A stretch of DNA of 64,000 nucleotides from a virus (lineage: Duplodnaviria; Heunggongvirae; Uroviricota; Caudoviricetes), in the IMG/VR virus record IMGVR_UViG_3300029732_000280; one strand, given 5' to 3'. Position 1 is the stretch's first letter. Each line of letters starts with the position of its first letter. The notes under the pieces are model-generated. The model searched no databases and had not been told where the DNA came from. It saw only the letters and a list, made by a program, of their open reading frames with translations. Shown here piece by piece: positions 54,739-63,983 of the stretch. The position numbers were made by a program, and so were the translations under genes.

Positions 54739-55806
54739 TCAGTCCTCCCACGGAAGACCAGCCTTGCCGAAGTGACCGTAAGCACTGACCTTGTTGTAAT
54801 CTACATCCAGCAGTCCCAGCCGCTTGATGATACCCTGCGGGGTCAGGTCGTAGCTGTCATGGACGTAGGCTTCGATGAAGTCAAGGGACTGGTGCTCCGT
54901 ACCGAAGCACTCCACCGACACACCCACCGGCTGTACCACACCAATGGCGTAGGCCAGCTGGACTTCGCACTTGTCAGCGTAGCCCGCCTGCACGATGTCC
55001 TTGGCAATCTTCCTCGCCATGTATGCTGCGGAACGGTCCACCTTGGTGGGATCTTTACCGCTCAGAGCGCCACCACCCATGCGACCGATGCCACCGTAGG
55101 TATCGCACGCCAGCTTCCGGCCAGTCACACCACAGTCGGCGTAGCTGCCGCCCAGCACGAAACGACCGGTCGGATTGACGAGCTTCGTGAAGTCACCGTC
55201 CAGACCGTATTCGCAGGCGGCCAGTACCATCATGGATTCGATGATGTGCCGGAAGTCGCTGACCTCCACATCCGGGCTGTGCTGTACGGAGCAGAGGAAG
55301 GTAGTGATGCGTCCGGTGTCGTAGTCGTAGCTGACCTGTGCCTTGGCATCTGCACGGAACATCTTGGACGGATGATTCTTCAACAGCTGCAGGAACTTGG
55401 TGGCGACCATGTACGGAATCGGCATCTGCTCTGCCGTTTCATTGGTGGCATAGCCATACATGATGCCCTGGTCACCTGCACCGCCCTTGTCCACACCGAG
55501 CGCAATATCCGAGGACTGCTTGTCCACCAGAATGCCGACGCGAAGAAGCTCGGTCAGGTTCCACCCCAGCTTTTCGGCACCGACGAGGTTGAACACATTG
55601 TGGACGATCTGGTTGTAGTTTGGCCGGTAGTCGGTGGTGACCTCACCGGCAATAAAAAGCTGGCTCTTTTTCAGCAGACACTCGATTGCCACACGGGCGT
55701 TCCTGTCATGCTGAAGGATGTCGGTCACGATGGCATCTGCGATCTGGTCACAGATCTTATCGGGATGGCCATTGCTGACCTGTTCACAAGTGATGATCTT
55801 ACTCAT
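54739..55806 (-). CDS. metK: S-adenosylmethionine synthetase (MetK), phage-encoded, compact (355 aa).
   Basis: GHPDKICDQIADAI, GAGDQGIMYGYA, GGGALSGKDPTKVDRSAAY signature motifs. Confidence 0.9.
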   Translation of the reverse strand: MSKIITCEQVSNGHPDKICDQIADAIVTDILQHDRNARVAIECLLKKSQLFIAGEVTTDYRPNYNQIVHNVFNLVGAEKLGWNLTELLRVGILVDKQSSDIALGVDKGGAGDQGIMYGYATNETAEQMPIPYMVATKFLQLLKNHPSKMFRADAKAQVSYDYDTGRITTFLCSVQHSPDVEVSDFRHIIESMMVLAACEYGLDGDFTKLVNPTGRFVLGGSYADCGVTGRKLACDTYGGIGRMGGGALSGKDPTKVDRSAAYMARKIAKDIVQAGYADKCEVQLAYAIGVVQPVGVSVECFGTEHQSLDFIEAYVHDSYDLTPQGIIKRLGLLDVDYNKVSAYGHFGKAGLPWED

Positions 55807-55944
55807 GTTCTATCCTCTCTTTCCTATATCACAAAGCAGGCCGTTTTTGTCCTTGCCCACAAATAGGCTCCCACAAAGACTGCCTGCCCTGTCTCAGTTC
55901 ATGGTTTCCGTTCATTCTCTTATTTTGCTTTCTTCTTCTCAACT

Positions 55945-55972
55945 CATGTAGCATGTAGCAACCATGTAGCTG
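55945..55972. promoter_or_regulatory. Triple direct repeat CATGTAGC(A) (CATGTAGCATGTAGCAACCATGTAGCTG) sharing the GTAGCA half-site of the XRE operators. Candidate repressor-controlled early promoter or origin iterons.
   Basis: Seen directly between the primase stop and the MetK start. Followed by a ~60-bp AT-rich tract. Confidence 0.45.
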
Positions 55973-56030
55973 AATTTTATATAAGAAAGCTATAAAAGAA
56001 AGTAATAATAAAAAAGGTTATGAAATCTCG

Positions 56031-56054
56031 GCTACAAATCAGCTACATGCTACA
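56031..56054. promoter_or_regulatory. Inverted partner of the repeat at 55945 (GCTACAAATCAGCTACATGCTACA, the reverse complement TGTAGCATGTAGCT), flanking the AT-rich tract.
   Basis: Seen directly. Confidence 0.45.
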
Positions 56055-56078
56055 AAGCACCCAAAATCAGAAAAAAGA

Positions 56079-58508
56079 TCACAAAAGGCTGTCCTTTGGC
56101 TTATATGCATCCTGTACCGTCAGGTCTTCTGCTCCATCTTCTACTTCCTTGAACTTGCAGTCCATGATCAACGTAGTCTGTCCGCCACCACCTTTGGGGC
56201 GCTTTCGGACCACTTTGAAATGCACGCCGATAGCATTTTTAAAGTTCTTCTGGTTCTCCGAGGAATACCCGTTCTCCTCACACCACTTTGTGTACAGCTG
56301 GTATGCTGCTGCCGTCCGAAGTTCCGATCCTTCCTCTTTTTCAAGCCACGCCTCAATGAACTGTCCGATCCGATCAGAATCATCCTTGTAATCTTCCGTG
56401 GCTTTCGTGACAGCCTGCGGAAGTTCCAAACCCCGCTGGCAGAACTTTTTGTACCCTTCCAGACACCAGTTGAAAATACCTGACAGGTTCTCCGGCTTCG
56501 CAAACTGCCCCTTCAGCCCCTGATCCTGTTCTCCCTCTTCAAAGTGACGGTTAAACGGGATGATCTTCAGTCGGCCGGATTGGAACAAGGTCATATCATT
56601 GACATTGGGCAGGTAGTTCGTATTGATAAAAATCTTGAAAACCGGCACAAAATCAAAGCTGTTCTCATTCAGGAATCGAGCATTGATGGTGTCGTTGCCA
56701 GTCATTCTTTTTACGAGAGCCGCATTAAATGTGATCTTCTTCTCCGGCTCAGAGATATTTACAAATCTGGAGCCAACCAGACGAGCTACTTCTTCCGAAG
56801 GTCCGCCTGTGTTCCCACCACGGAATTTAGCTGCCAGCATATCCGGATTCGATGTCTTTCCATAGTCGCCCATGATCTTCAGAAATGTTTCCATTGCAGT
56901 GCCTTTGCCGTTTCGGGAAGTGGCACCGTAAAGGATAAACATACACTCCTGCGAGGTATCTCCTGTCAGAGCGTATCCCAAAGAACGCTGAAGGAAGTCT
57001 GCCAGATCCGCATCCCCGCACATGACCTCCTTGATAAACGAGTGCCAGCGTGGACAGTCTGCTTCCGGGTCGTAGGTAATACCGGATTCCATTGTGAGAT
57101 AATCCTCCGGCCGATGCTCCCTGAATTCCAGTGTCCGCATATCCAGCGTTCCATTTTTGCAGTTGAAGAAATACTTATTCCTGTCGAATGCCTGCATGGA
57201 GATCGGGTACACGGACATGGCATCTCTTAACATCGTTTCCCGATTCTTACGCAGCTGCAGTTTTCGGACACGGTCGATGAACCGCTTCCTGGCATCCTCT
57301 TCGGTGATCGTCAGGGCAAACACATACAGCTTGTCAGCCAGCAGCTTTGCCAGTTCCGACACCTTGAGATTGCCTTTGTCCGGCCGCCAGACAGATCCGT
57401 CATAGACATACCAGCCTTTACGTTCACTGTTGTACCGGGCAATCTGCTTGAAATAATCCGCAAACATATTGCCCATGCCGATCTCATTTCTGCCATACCG
57501 GGCATTTGTGTGCGGTGCCATTTCTTCCAGCGTGATCGTAATTTTGGTAAGATCCGGCTGGAACTCGATATAGTCATCCTCATCCAGCTTGGAAAACTCT
57601 TCATCCACGATATCCTGTGCGTTGACCGGCATATAGACGGCCGCACAGGTATTGACCGTGTTACGGATAGAGATTGCACCGTAGGTCGAACCAGCCTGTT
57701 TTCGGTCCCACTTGGGGCGCATCAGACCAGATGTGCGGAAGATACGGTCCATCTGCTCCTCATCACAGCCGCACCAGAATGCCAGGATAGACAAGAGTGC
57801 CATGTCTGCATCCGACTGGCTGCCGTAGAGGTCTTCCCACTCACCGGCAAAGAGCTTTTTGAACTTTTCAGAGTTACTGGCCTCGTTAGCGTGTGTGATA
57901 ACAGCCTCATCATCCAGATACGAATGGTGCTGAAAATGAGTCTGCTGTACCTGTTTGTTCCGCTTCATGAGCGTATCGAGCAGTGTGGTCATCGCCGTTT
58001 CATCGTTGGGAATTTCACCTGTGCGGTAAACATCTCCCGTTACGGTGACGAAGCGGTTTGTCGCACCGGGCATATACACTTCCAGACCTTTGCTGCGGTT
58101 GTTGATGTAGTAGACCGTCTTGTCGTAGACGTAGTCTTCTGGCACATGGAAGAATCCACGCAGACCTTTGCCGGACGGTGACTTCTCTACATACGCTGTA
58201 GAAAAGATTGAAAGTACGGTGTCCGCTGTGTCATTCAGCGTCCCGTCCTCACGGATACAGTGGTCGATGTCAAAAGCTCCGATACCACTGCCCACAGCAA
58301 TGCCGATGCCGTCATAGCCGCCCATTGCATAAGTGACAAGCGTGGTCTTGAAATCTGCAAAGGTGCGGAGATCATTGATCCTGGCTCTATCACCATTCGC
58401 CGGGTTATACGGCATCTTGGTCTTCTGACCGTTTCGCTTTTCAAATTTCCAGACACAAAACCGGCAGGAGGTCTTCAGCTCCGCCGGGATATTTTTGATA
58501 TCCACCAT
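56079..58508 (-). CDS. Bifunctional primase-polymerase (PrimPol N-terminus) fused to a D5/P4-type SF3 helicase (phage/plasmid primase).
   Basis: GIGIAVGSGIGAFDIDHC is the PrimPol DxD motif. FILYGATSRNGKGTAMETF is Walker A. 809 aa. Confidence 0.85.
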   Translation of the reverse strand: MVDIKNIPAELKTSCRFCVWKFEKRNGQKTKMPYNPANGDRARINDLRTFADFKTTLVTYAMGGYDGIGIAVGSGIGAFDIDHCIREDGTLNDTADTVLSIFSTAYVEKSPSGKGLRGFFHVPEDYVYDKTVYYINNRSKGLEVYMPGATNRFVTVTGDVYRTGEIPNDETAMTTLLDTLMKRNKQVQQTHFQHHSYLDDEAVITHANEASNSEKFKKLFAGEWEDLYGSQSDADMALLSILAFWCGCDEEQMDRIFRTSGLMRPKWDRKQAGSTYGAISIRNTVNTCAAVYMPVNAQDIVDEEFSKLDEDDYIEFQPDLTKITITLEEMAPHTNARYGRNEIGMGNMFADYFKQIARYNSERKGWYVYDGSVWRPDKGNLKVSELAKLLADKLYVFALTITEEDARKRFIDRVRKLQLRKNRETMLRDAMSVYPISMQAFDRNKYFFNCKNGTLDMRTLEFREHRPEDYLTMESGITYDPEADCPRWHSFIKEVMCGDADLADFLQRSLGYALTGDTSQECMFILYGATSRNGKGTAMETFLKIMGDYGKTSNPDMLAAKFRGGNTGGPSEEVARLVGSRFVNISEPEKKITFNAALVKRMTGNDTINARFLNENSFDFVPVFKIFINTNYLPNVNDMTLFQSGRLKIIPFNRHFEEGEQDQGLKGQFAKPENLSGIFNWCLEGYKKFCQRGLELPQAVTKATEDYKDDSDRIGQFIEAWLEKEEGSELRTAAAYQLYTKWCEENGYSSENQKNFKNAIGVHFKVVRKRPKGGGGQTTLIMDCKFKEVEDGAEDLTVQDAYKPKDSLL

Positions 58509-58513
58509 AGCGG

Positions 58514-59164
58514 TTAGACCTCCTTCCTGCTGTATACAGTGTTGCTGCCGTAATTGGCATTGCTGCCGCGCACAGCATTTTCGTCTGTATTTTGTTTGTT
58601 TTTCTTAGTACTGTGCATATCAAACTGTCTTGCCACAGCCTGTTCAATCTCCTGCTTTTTCTCAGCAGAGATCACCCTGCAAAGGCGTCCAAACAGTGCC
58701 GACTGGTCGATCGTTGTGATCTGCTCGACCAGCAAAATGGAATCCTCCAGTCGTTCCGCTCTGAGCATCTCACAATGTGCTTCTGTCAGCACGATATGTG
58801 TTGGCAGGTCGAGCTTTTTCATCTTGCTCGTAAGCGGAATAACTGTGAAGGTCTGCGAATAACGGTTCGCAATATCGTTTGTCAGGATCAGCACCGGACG
58901 GTTCCCACTCTGCACACAGGTGCCATAATGGTTACCAAGCTCTGCAAACCAGATCTCATACTGCTTCGGGATTCTGGTCGTCGGCCAGTTGTAAGCGGGG
59001 AAGCTGTCATAAGTTGTGTGGCTGCTTTCCTGCTGCTTTTCGGTGCTGTGGTTATGCGTGGCGGCGCTTTTATGCTTGGTGCAGCCACGCTTGTTGATGT
59101 ACTTGTTCACATGGATCTTCCTGCCACGCGGCAGAATCCGTGCGTTGCTTTTCTTTCTCCCCAT
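58514..59164 (-). CDS. MazF/PemK-fold protein with a ~100-aa basic N-terminal extension.
   Basis: YEIWFAELGNHYGTCVQSGNRPVLILTNDIANRYSQTFTVIPLTS fits the MazF/PemK G..RP.LV.S.D....V.P.T pattern. Start ATG 59164 with RBS GAGGTG. Confidence 0.55.
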   Translation of the reverse strand: MGRKKSNARILPRGRKIHVNKYINKRGCTKHKSAATHNHSTEKQQESSHTTYDSFPAYNWPTTRIPKQYEIWFAELGNHYGTCVQSGNRPVLILTNDIANRYSQTFTVIPLTSKMKKLDLPTHIVLTEAHCEMLRAERLEDSILLVEQITTIDQSALFGRLCRVISAEKKQEIEQAVARQFDMHSTKKNKQNTDENAVRGSNANYGSNTVYSRKEV

Positions 59165-59364
59165 TCTGGATTTCACCTCTTCTCTCCTGATACAAAAACA
59201 GCCGTTCGGAATCCGAATCCGTGACGGCATAACATGTAAAAAGCGGATAAAAATACCGGGCAGCTTTCGCTCCCAGCACTCTTATCCGCTCCCGGTTTTA
59301 TCTTATTTTCCTAGTATAAAGTATAGCAAAAAGCCGATGTACGCATAAGAAGCAGTTTTCCTAA

Positions 59365-59835
59365 TTAACTGCTGTTTTTCCTGAAAAAGCCCTCTTTTTC
59401 CAAATTTACTACAAATTCTTTGAAGCCTTTTCCCTTGTAATAATCTGCCCTGCTTTTTCCAAAAGAACAGCCGTTGGAATCCTTCATCGACTTCAACGGA
59501 ATACGCTCAAAATAGAACTGTCTGACTGCTACCCTCGCATCAGAATCAGACACCCGGCTCAGAGCCAGTTCCATAATACGAAGCCGTGTGCTCTGCTTAT
59601 CGTATTCCCTTTTGCACTCCGTATACATCTCTTCCTTGATGCCGCGCTCCAAATCGGAGATAGCCGCTGCCTGTTCCTGTTTGATCTCGGCCAGCATTTT
59701 CTCCTTTTCTGCAATGTCTGCCTTGAGTTTTTCATAACCGCCGCAGGCATCTTTTGCTATGGCTTCATGCCGTTTATCCGGCTGAAAACTCCACTTAATC
59801 GGTCTTCCCACATTCTCCCCTCCTGTGTCTGTCAT
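59365..59835 (-). CDS. Hypothetical protein (156 aa), 41-nt overlap with the upstream gene.
   Basis: ORF with coiled-coil region. No recognised domain. Confidence 0.4.
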   Translation of the reverse strand: MTDTGGENVGRPIKWSFQPDKRHEAIAKDACGGYEKLKADIAEKEKMLAEIKQEQAAAISDLERGIKEEMYTECKREYDKQSTRLRIMELALSRVSDSDARVAVRQFYFERIPLKSMKDSNGCSFGKSRADYYKGKGFKEFVVNLEKEGFFRKNSS

Positions 59836-60337
59836 GCAAACGGATCACATCCGCAATCCCCTGCAATGCAGTTTCTTTCTCTCGCTCCACCACCCGGCGG
59901 CTTAAAGTTCTCCCATCCAAACCAGTGATCTCCGACTGCTTTCTGCCGTCCACAAAGAGCTGCTCTGCCACGATCCGCGTACACCCCCGAAGACTGCGCA
60001 GTCCAACCTCGAACAGCTCAATATCTTCACAGACCTTGTAATAGGGTTCCAGAAACTGCTCGGTGCGCTGGGTCTGCACTTCCCGGTTCATGGATGCCAG
60101 CACCTTGTCACAGTTCAGCACGGTGCGCTCCACCGGATTTGATGTACCGCTGGTCTGGACACGCTCGGATTCCTCATGTGCGCCCTGCGACAACTTGTAG
60201 ATGATCTCGTCCTTAGTGTAAAACCAGGACCGGGAATCCTCGTACTGCTGCCGGAGCATATCCCGCCTGTGTACCAGCAGCCTATAGGAATCAGCCAGTT
60301 CCTTTGCCTGTTCCATATAATCCATCTCGTCTGCCAT
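59795..60337 (-). CDS. Putative transcriptional regulator with a sigma-70 region-4-like HTH (candidate late-gene activator).
   Basis: C-terminal RIVAEQLFVDGRKQSEITGLDGRTLSRRV HTH-like segment. Weak assignment. Confidence 0.35.
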   Translation of the reverse strand: MADEMDYMEQAKELADSYRLLVHRRDMLRQQYEDSRSWFYTKDEIIYKLSQGAHEESERVQTSGTSNPVERTVLNCDKVLASMNREVQTQRTEQFLEPYYKVCEDIELFEVGLRSLRGCTRIVAEQLFVDGRKQSEITGLDGRTLSRRVVEREKETALQGIADVIRLHDRHRRGECGKTD

Positions 60338-60370
60338 ACTGCACCTCCTGTTCTGGTCTATTTATTTTTA

Positions 60371-60751
60371 TCACGCAATATCACCTAATGCCCGGATGTT
60401 CTCTGGAGTCAGAGCAGCACCGGCTTCCGTGAGCAGCTTCACGAGCTTTTTCATCTCTCGCTCCGCTTTCCGGCGCAGGTTTTCTGCCCTCCTCCTTCTA
60501 CGCTCCACAGCTTCAACCTTCACTCTTGCCTGCACGCCTGATATGAGTGTGCAGGCATCCAGATCCGTCAGCGTATTGTACCAGTTGGAGTGAAAGAAAC
60601 CTTCCAGCCTCTTTTTCTCAAATTGCGCATCCCGATTGTTTGGATGATCCTCCAAACGGAACAGTACGGTTTTGTAATCCTTAACAGCCTGCAGGATGAT
60701 TGCATTCGCCAGATTCTCGTAGCATTCCAGATTGTCCGCTGCCATTCCCAT
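60371..60751 (-). CDS. Hypothetical protein (126 aa).
   Basis: ATG with ATGA coupling to the upstream gene. Arg-rich coiled coil. Confidence 0.4.
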   Translation of the reverse strand: MGMAADNLECYENLANAIILQAVKDYKTVLFRLEDHPNNRDAQFEKKRLEGFFHSNWYNTLTDLDACTLISGVQARVKVEAVERRRRRAENLRRKAEREMKKLVKLLTEAGAALTPENIRALGDIA

Positions 60752-61518
60752 CAGTCGTTCACCCTGCCCTTTCCTGAATCATTCTCTTTTGTGTCGTACC
60801 ACGGTGCCGGCACCTTCTGTTCATCCAATCCATACTTGAACATATAGATGGAATACCATGCCGCCTCATACATGCAGTCGATCAGTTTGCGGTTCGGCTC
60901 CGGCATCAGGGCTGCATTCCGCACAAACAGGTCAACAAAGTTTTCTTTTTCTTCCCTGTCTGTCACCAGACGGTGCTCCTTCGCGTCGATCAGGATCTCA
61001 GCAAAGCGATAGCACTTCCTCTTGTTCTGCTGAATCCAATCGAAACGCCAGGTAACCGCATCCAGAATCGTCTGTCTGGTATCCTCCGCCGTCAGCTTCG
61101 GTGCATCCGGGTGTTTGCCTGCCGCCACTGCTTTCGCATAGCATTCCTCCGCACGGTCTTCCGCACAGAAACGCTTGTGAAACTGAAGCTCGTAGGCTTT
61201 TGCCTGACACATGAGCAGTTCGATCTCATGCTCATAGGCTTCCTTCGCCAGCATATCCTGTGTAACTCGCAGGTCAGAGGTCTTACGTGCGGGTGTTTCC
61301 CCGAAGATCGCACAGAGCAGGCCGGTGCCACTGTACGGACGGAACATCGCATACGGTGTGAAAAATCCGTCACTGTCGCGCTTCCGCTTGCCGGTCTGCA
61401 CATGCGTTGCAGTCTTGTAGTGATATCGGTCCGTGTCCATAACACTGGAGCTGCGCTTTCTCTCTGCGGCGCGGTCCTTTGCATTCAGAAATTTGTAATT
61501 GCTCGTATTCTTTTCCAT
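60751..61518 (-). CDS. Hypothetical replication-module protein (255 aa).
   Basis: ORF in an operon with the helicase. No recognised domain. Confidence 0.4.
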   Translation of the reverse strand: MEKNTSNYKFLNAKDRAAERKRSSSVMDTDRYHYKTATHVQTGKRKRDSDGFFTPYAMFRPYSGTGLLCAIFGETPARKTSDLRVTQDMLAKEAYEHEIELLMCQAKAYELQFHKRFCAEDRAEECYAKAVAAGKHPDAPKLTAEDTRQTILDAVTWRFDWIQQNKRKCYRFAEILIDAKEHRLVTDREEKENFVDLFVRNAALMPEPNRKLIDCMYEAAWYSIYMFKYGLDEQKVPAPWYDTKENDSGKGRVND

Positions 61519-61527
61519 AATCTTCTC

Positions 61528-62910
61528 CTACTCCTCCAGCCGTGCTCTGACGGCAGATATCAGCTTTTCCTGTGTCATGTCCTTCTGCTCCAGCGCAGCC
61601 ATGACATCCTCGTCTACTGTGTTTTTCGTGATGATGTGGTGAATGGTCACCACATGGGTCTGTCCCTGCCGCCAAAGCCGGGCATTGGTCTGCTGATACA
61701 ACTCCAAAGACCAGGTCAGCCCAAACCAGATCAGGATGTGTCCGCCCTGCTGGATGTTCAGACCATGTCCGGCCGATGCAGGGTGGATCAGTGCGACCGG
61801 GATGTTCCCGGCATTCCAGTCCTTGATGTCAGTGCTGCTCTTGATGTCCCGAACTTTGATTTTCAGCTTCGACAGATGGCTGATGATACGCTCCCTGTCA
61901 TGCTTAAACCAATAAGCTACCAGCACCGGCTGTCCGTTGGCGGCTTCGATCAGGTCTTCGAGAGCTTCCAGCTTGTGATCGTGAATGACTCTCGCCTTGC
62001 CATTCTCGTCATATACCGCGCCATTGCTCATCTGCAACAGCTTCCCTGTCAGTGATGCAGCATTGGCAGCGTCTATGTCACCGTCTTTCAGCGGAATCAA
62101 AAGATCCTGCCGGAGCATATCGTAGAGTTCCCTTTCCTGCGTGTTCATCTCAACTTCATACCTTGTAGGTACACAATCCGGCATATTGAGATAATCCAGA
62201 GCCTTCATAGAAATCGTGATGTCAGAGATCCGCTGGTAGATCATCTCCTCTGCTCCCTGTCTGGGCACATACTGGAACACGATTCCTGTTGCCGGGTTCA
62301 TCGACCCAGCCTTAAAGTAGGCTTCCCGGTAGCGGCCGATAAACTTTCCAAGGCGCTCCCCGCCATCCAGAATCCCAATCTCTGCCCACAAATCCATAAG
62401 GCCGTTGGAAGAAGGTGTGCCGGTCAGACCAACCCACCGCTTCACAAACGGGCGGACTTTTCGCAGGAACTTAAAACGCTGGGACTGATAGTTTTTGAAC
62501 GATGACAGCTCATCGATCACAACCATGCCAAAATCCCAGCGCATGCCATTTTTCTCGTAATACTCCACCAACCACTTGATGTTCTCCCGATTGACAATGT
62601 AGATCATCGCCGGGTGGTGGACTGCCGCAATCCGGGTCTTAACATCTCCAACAATAACGGAAATGTCCAGACCTTTCAGATGGTCCCATTTCTCGATTTC
62701 TGCCGGCCATGTGTCACGGGCAACTCGCAGCGGTGCGATGATGAGGACCTTGTTGACCTCAAAAGTCTCAAGCATAAGGTCTTTGATGGCAGAAAGTGTA
62801 ATAACGGTCTTTCCTTAACCCAAGCCCATATCCAAGAAAAGTGCTGCAATCGGGTGCGTTTTAATATACTCGGTGCAGTAACTCTGATAATCGTGTGGAA
62901 TGAACTTCAT
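61528..62910 (-). pseudogene. SNF2-family (SF2) helicase interrupted by an in-frame TAA inside the Walker A motif (DMGLG*GKT). The N-terminal 31 codons run 62818..62910 and the rest is ORF 61528..62775.
   Basis: MKFIPHDYQ...LFLDMGLG then TAA (minus-strand codon, 62815..62817) then GKTVITLSAIKDLMLETF..., all in the same frame. Deleting 6 nt (TTAAGG) would restore DMGLGKT. DEAH-like VIDELSS and the helicase C-domain are present downstream. Confidence 0.6.
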
Positions 62911-62917
62911 AGCGGCA

Positions 62918-63325
62918 TCACCTCCTCCCGGCATCCTGTGCCCGTGTTTCCGGCTCATCGCTTTGTGTATCTCCCTGCGGCAGCGTAACTTCCGGCATCT
63001 CCGGGATCTTTGCTCCGATTCCCTGTGGGAGAGGTTCACCCGGCGTCCAGTGCAGGAGTGCGTCCACCGCAGGCTGAATCTGCTCCAAACGGTCAACGCA
63101 GAACACTGGAAAGCCCAGTGCCTCCAGCTGCTGTCTGCGCTTCCGCTGAAGGATTCGCATCTGCTTGCCCGGAGCTTTCAGCTCCACAAACGCACACTTG
63201 CCACCGATCAGTAGAACCAACCGATCCGGCACGCCGTTCATAGTCTGACTGGTAAATTTAAGGGCCTGTCCTCCGACGGCCCTTACTGCTTCCACAAACC
63301 GCTTTTCGACTTCATTCTCCCTCAT
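62918..63325 (-). CDS. VRR-NUC domain nuclease (PD-(D/E)xK).
   Basis: MNGVPDRLVLLIGGKCAFVELKAPGK motif. Start ATG 63325 with RBS GAGGAGG. Classic partner of phage SNF2 helicases. Confidence 0.75.
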   Translation of the reverse strand: MRENEVEKRFVEAVRAVGGQALKFTSQTMNGVPDRLVLLIGGKCAFVELKAPGKQMRILQRKRRQQLEALGFPVFCVDRLEQIQPAVDALLHWTPGEPLPQGIGAKIPEMPEVTLPQGDTQSDEPETRAQDAGRR

Positions 63326-63518
63326 CCGACTTCGCCTCCTCTGCCCGCCATACACCGATGCGTGGGCGTTTTCTTTTCTTGTGTTTTTTCTTGCCTTCTT
63401 CCCGGATCACATTACTGATGGCTTCATCTGCAGTCGGGTCCGGGTGGCTGTGGCTGACTTTCCTGTTCGGAGGGTTCTCCTCTTTGTGTTCTGTAACCCA
63501 GTGAATGACATCTTCCAT
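63312..63518 (-). CDS. Hypothetical small basic protein (68 aa).
   Basis: ORF. KKKHKKRKRPR tract. Confidence 0.3.
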   Translation of the reverse strand: MEDVIHWVTEHKEENPPNRKVSHSHPDPTADEAISNVIREEGKKKHKKRKRPRIGVWRAEEAKSDEGE

Positions 63519-63527
63519 ACCGTCACC

Positions 63528-63983
63528 TCACTGATTGATCTGCTTCCACTGCTGCAGCTCCATCGTGGCGACCTGCCAGCCGATGCCTTCCAGTGTGGTG
63601 GCACGGTCATAGGAAACCACGTCCTGCGATGCGCGGGTCACCGCATTGGAAAGGCCGTACAGAGAAAGGTCGCCGCCTTCGATGAGGTACTTGAGGATGC
63701 CTTCCTGCTCCTCGGCATTGATGCCGTAGCTCTGGGCAGTCAGCTGCACCACGTCCTGCACCTTGCCGGTGATCGGTACTGCCATAGATTCCTGCAGGCG
63801 ACCGACCACCTGAGAGAAGCGGCTCTCATCAATAGCTGCCATCGTAGTGTCACGCAGCTTCAAGAGGAAAGCCTTGTCCTCCGCTTCCATTGTCTCATCG
63901 GAATACAGTGCAAAACTGTCCTCCACTGCCTTTGCCTGACGGCCCACATGATGACGGCGTTCGCCCATGTCATTGACCACCAT
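63528..63983 (-). CDS. Hypothetical phage protein (151 aa, possibly longer; start near the window edge).
   Basis: ORF in replication-module orientation. Confidence 0.4.
   Translation of the reverse strand: MVVNDMGERRHHVGRQAKAVEDSFALYSDETMEAEDKAFLLKLRDTTMAAIDESRFSQVVGRLQESMAVPITGKVQDVVQLTAQSYGINAEEQEGILKYLIEGGDLSLYGLSNAVTRASQDVVSYDRATTLEGIGWQVATMELQQWKQINQ

Noticed and set aside
54640-55866. 408-aa plus-strand ORF across the metK locus.
   Set aside because: MetK signature motifs are on the minus strand, so this ORF is antisense noise.
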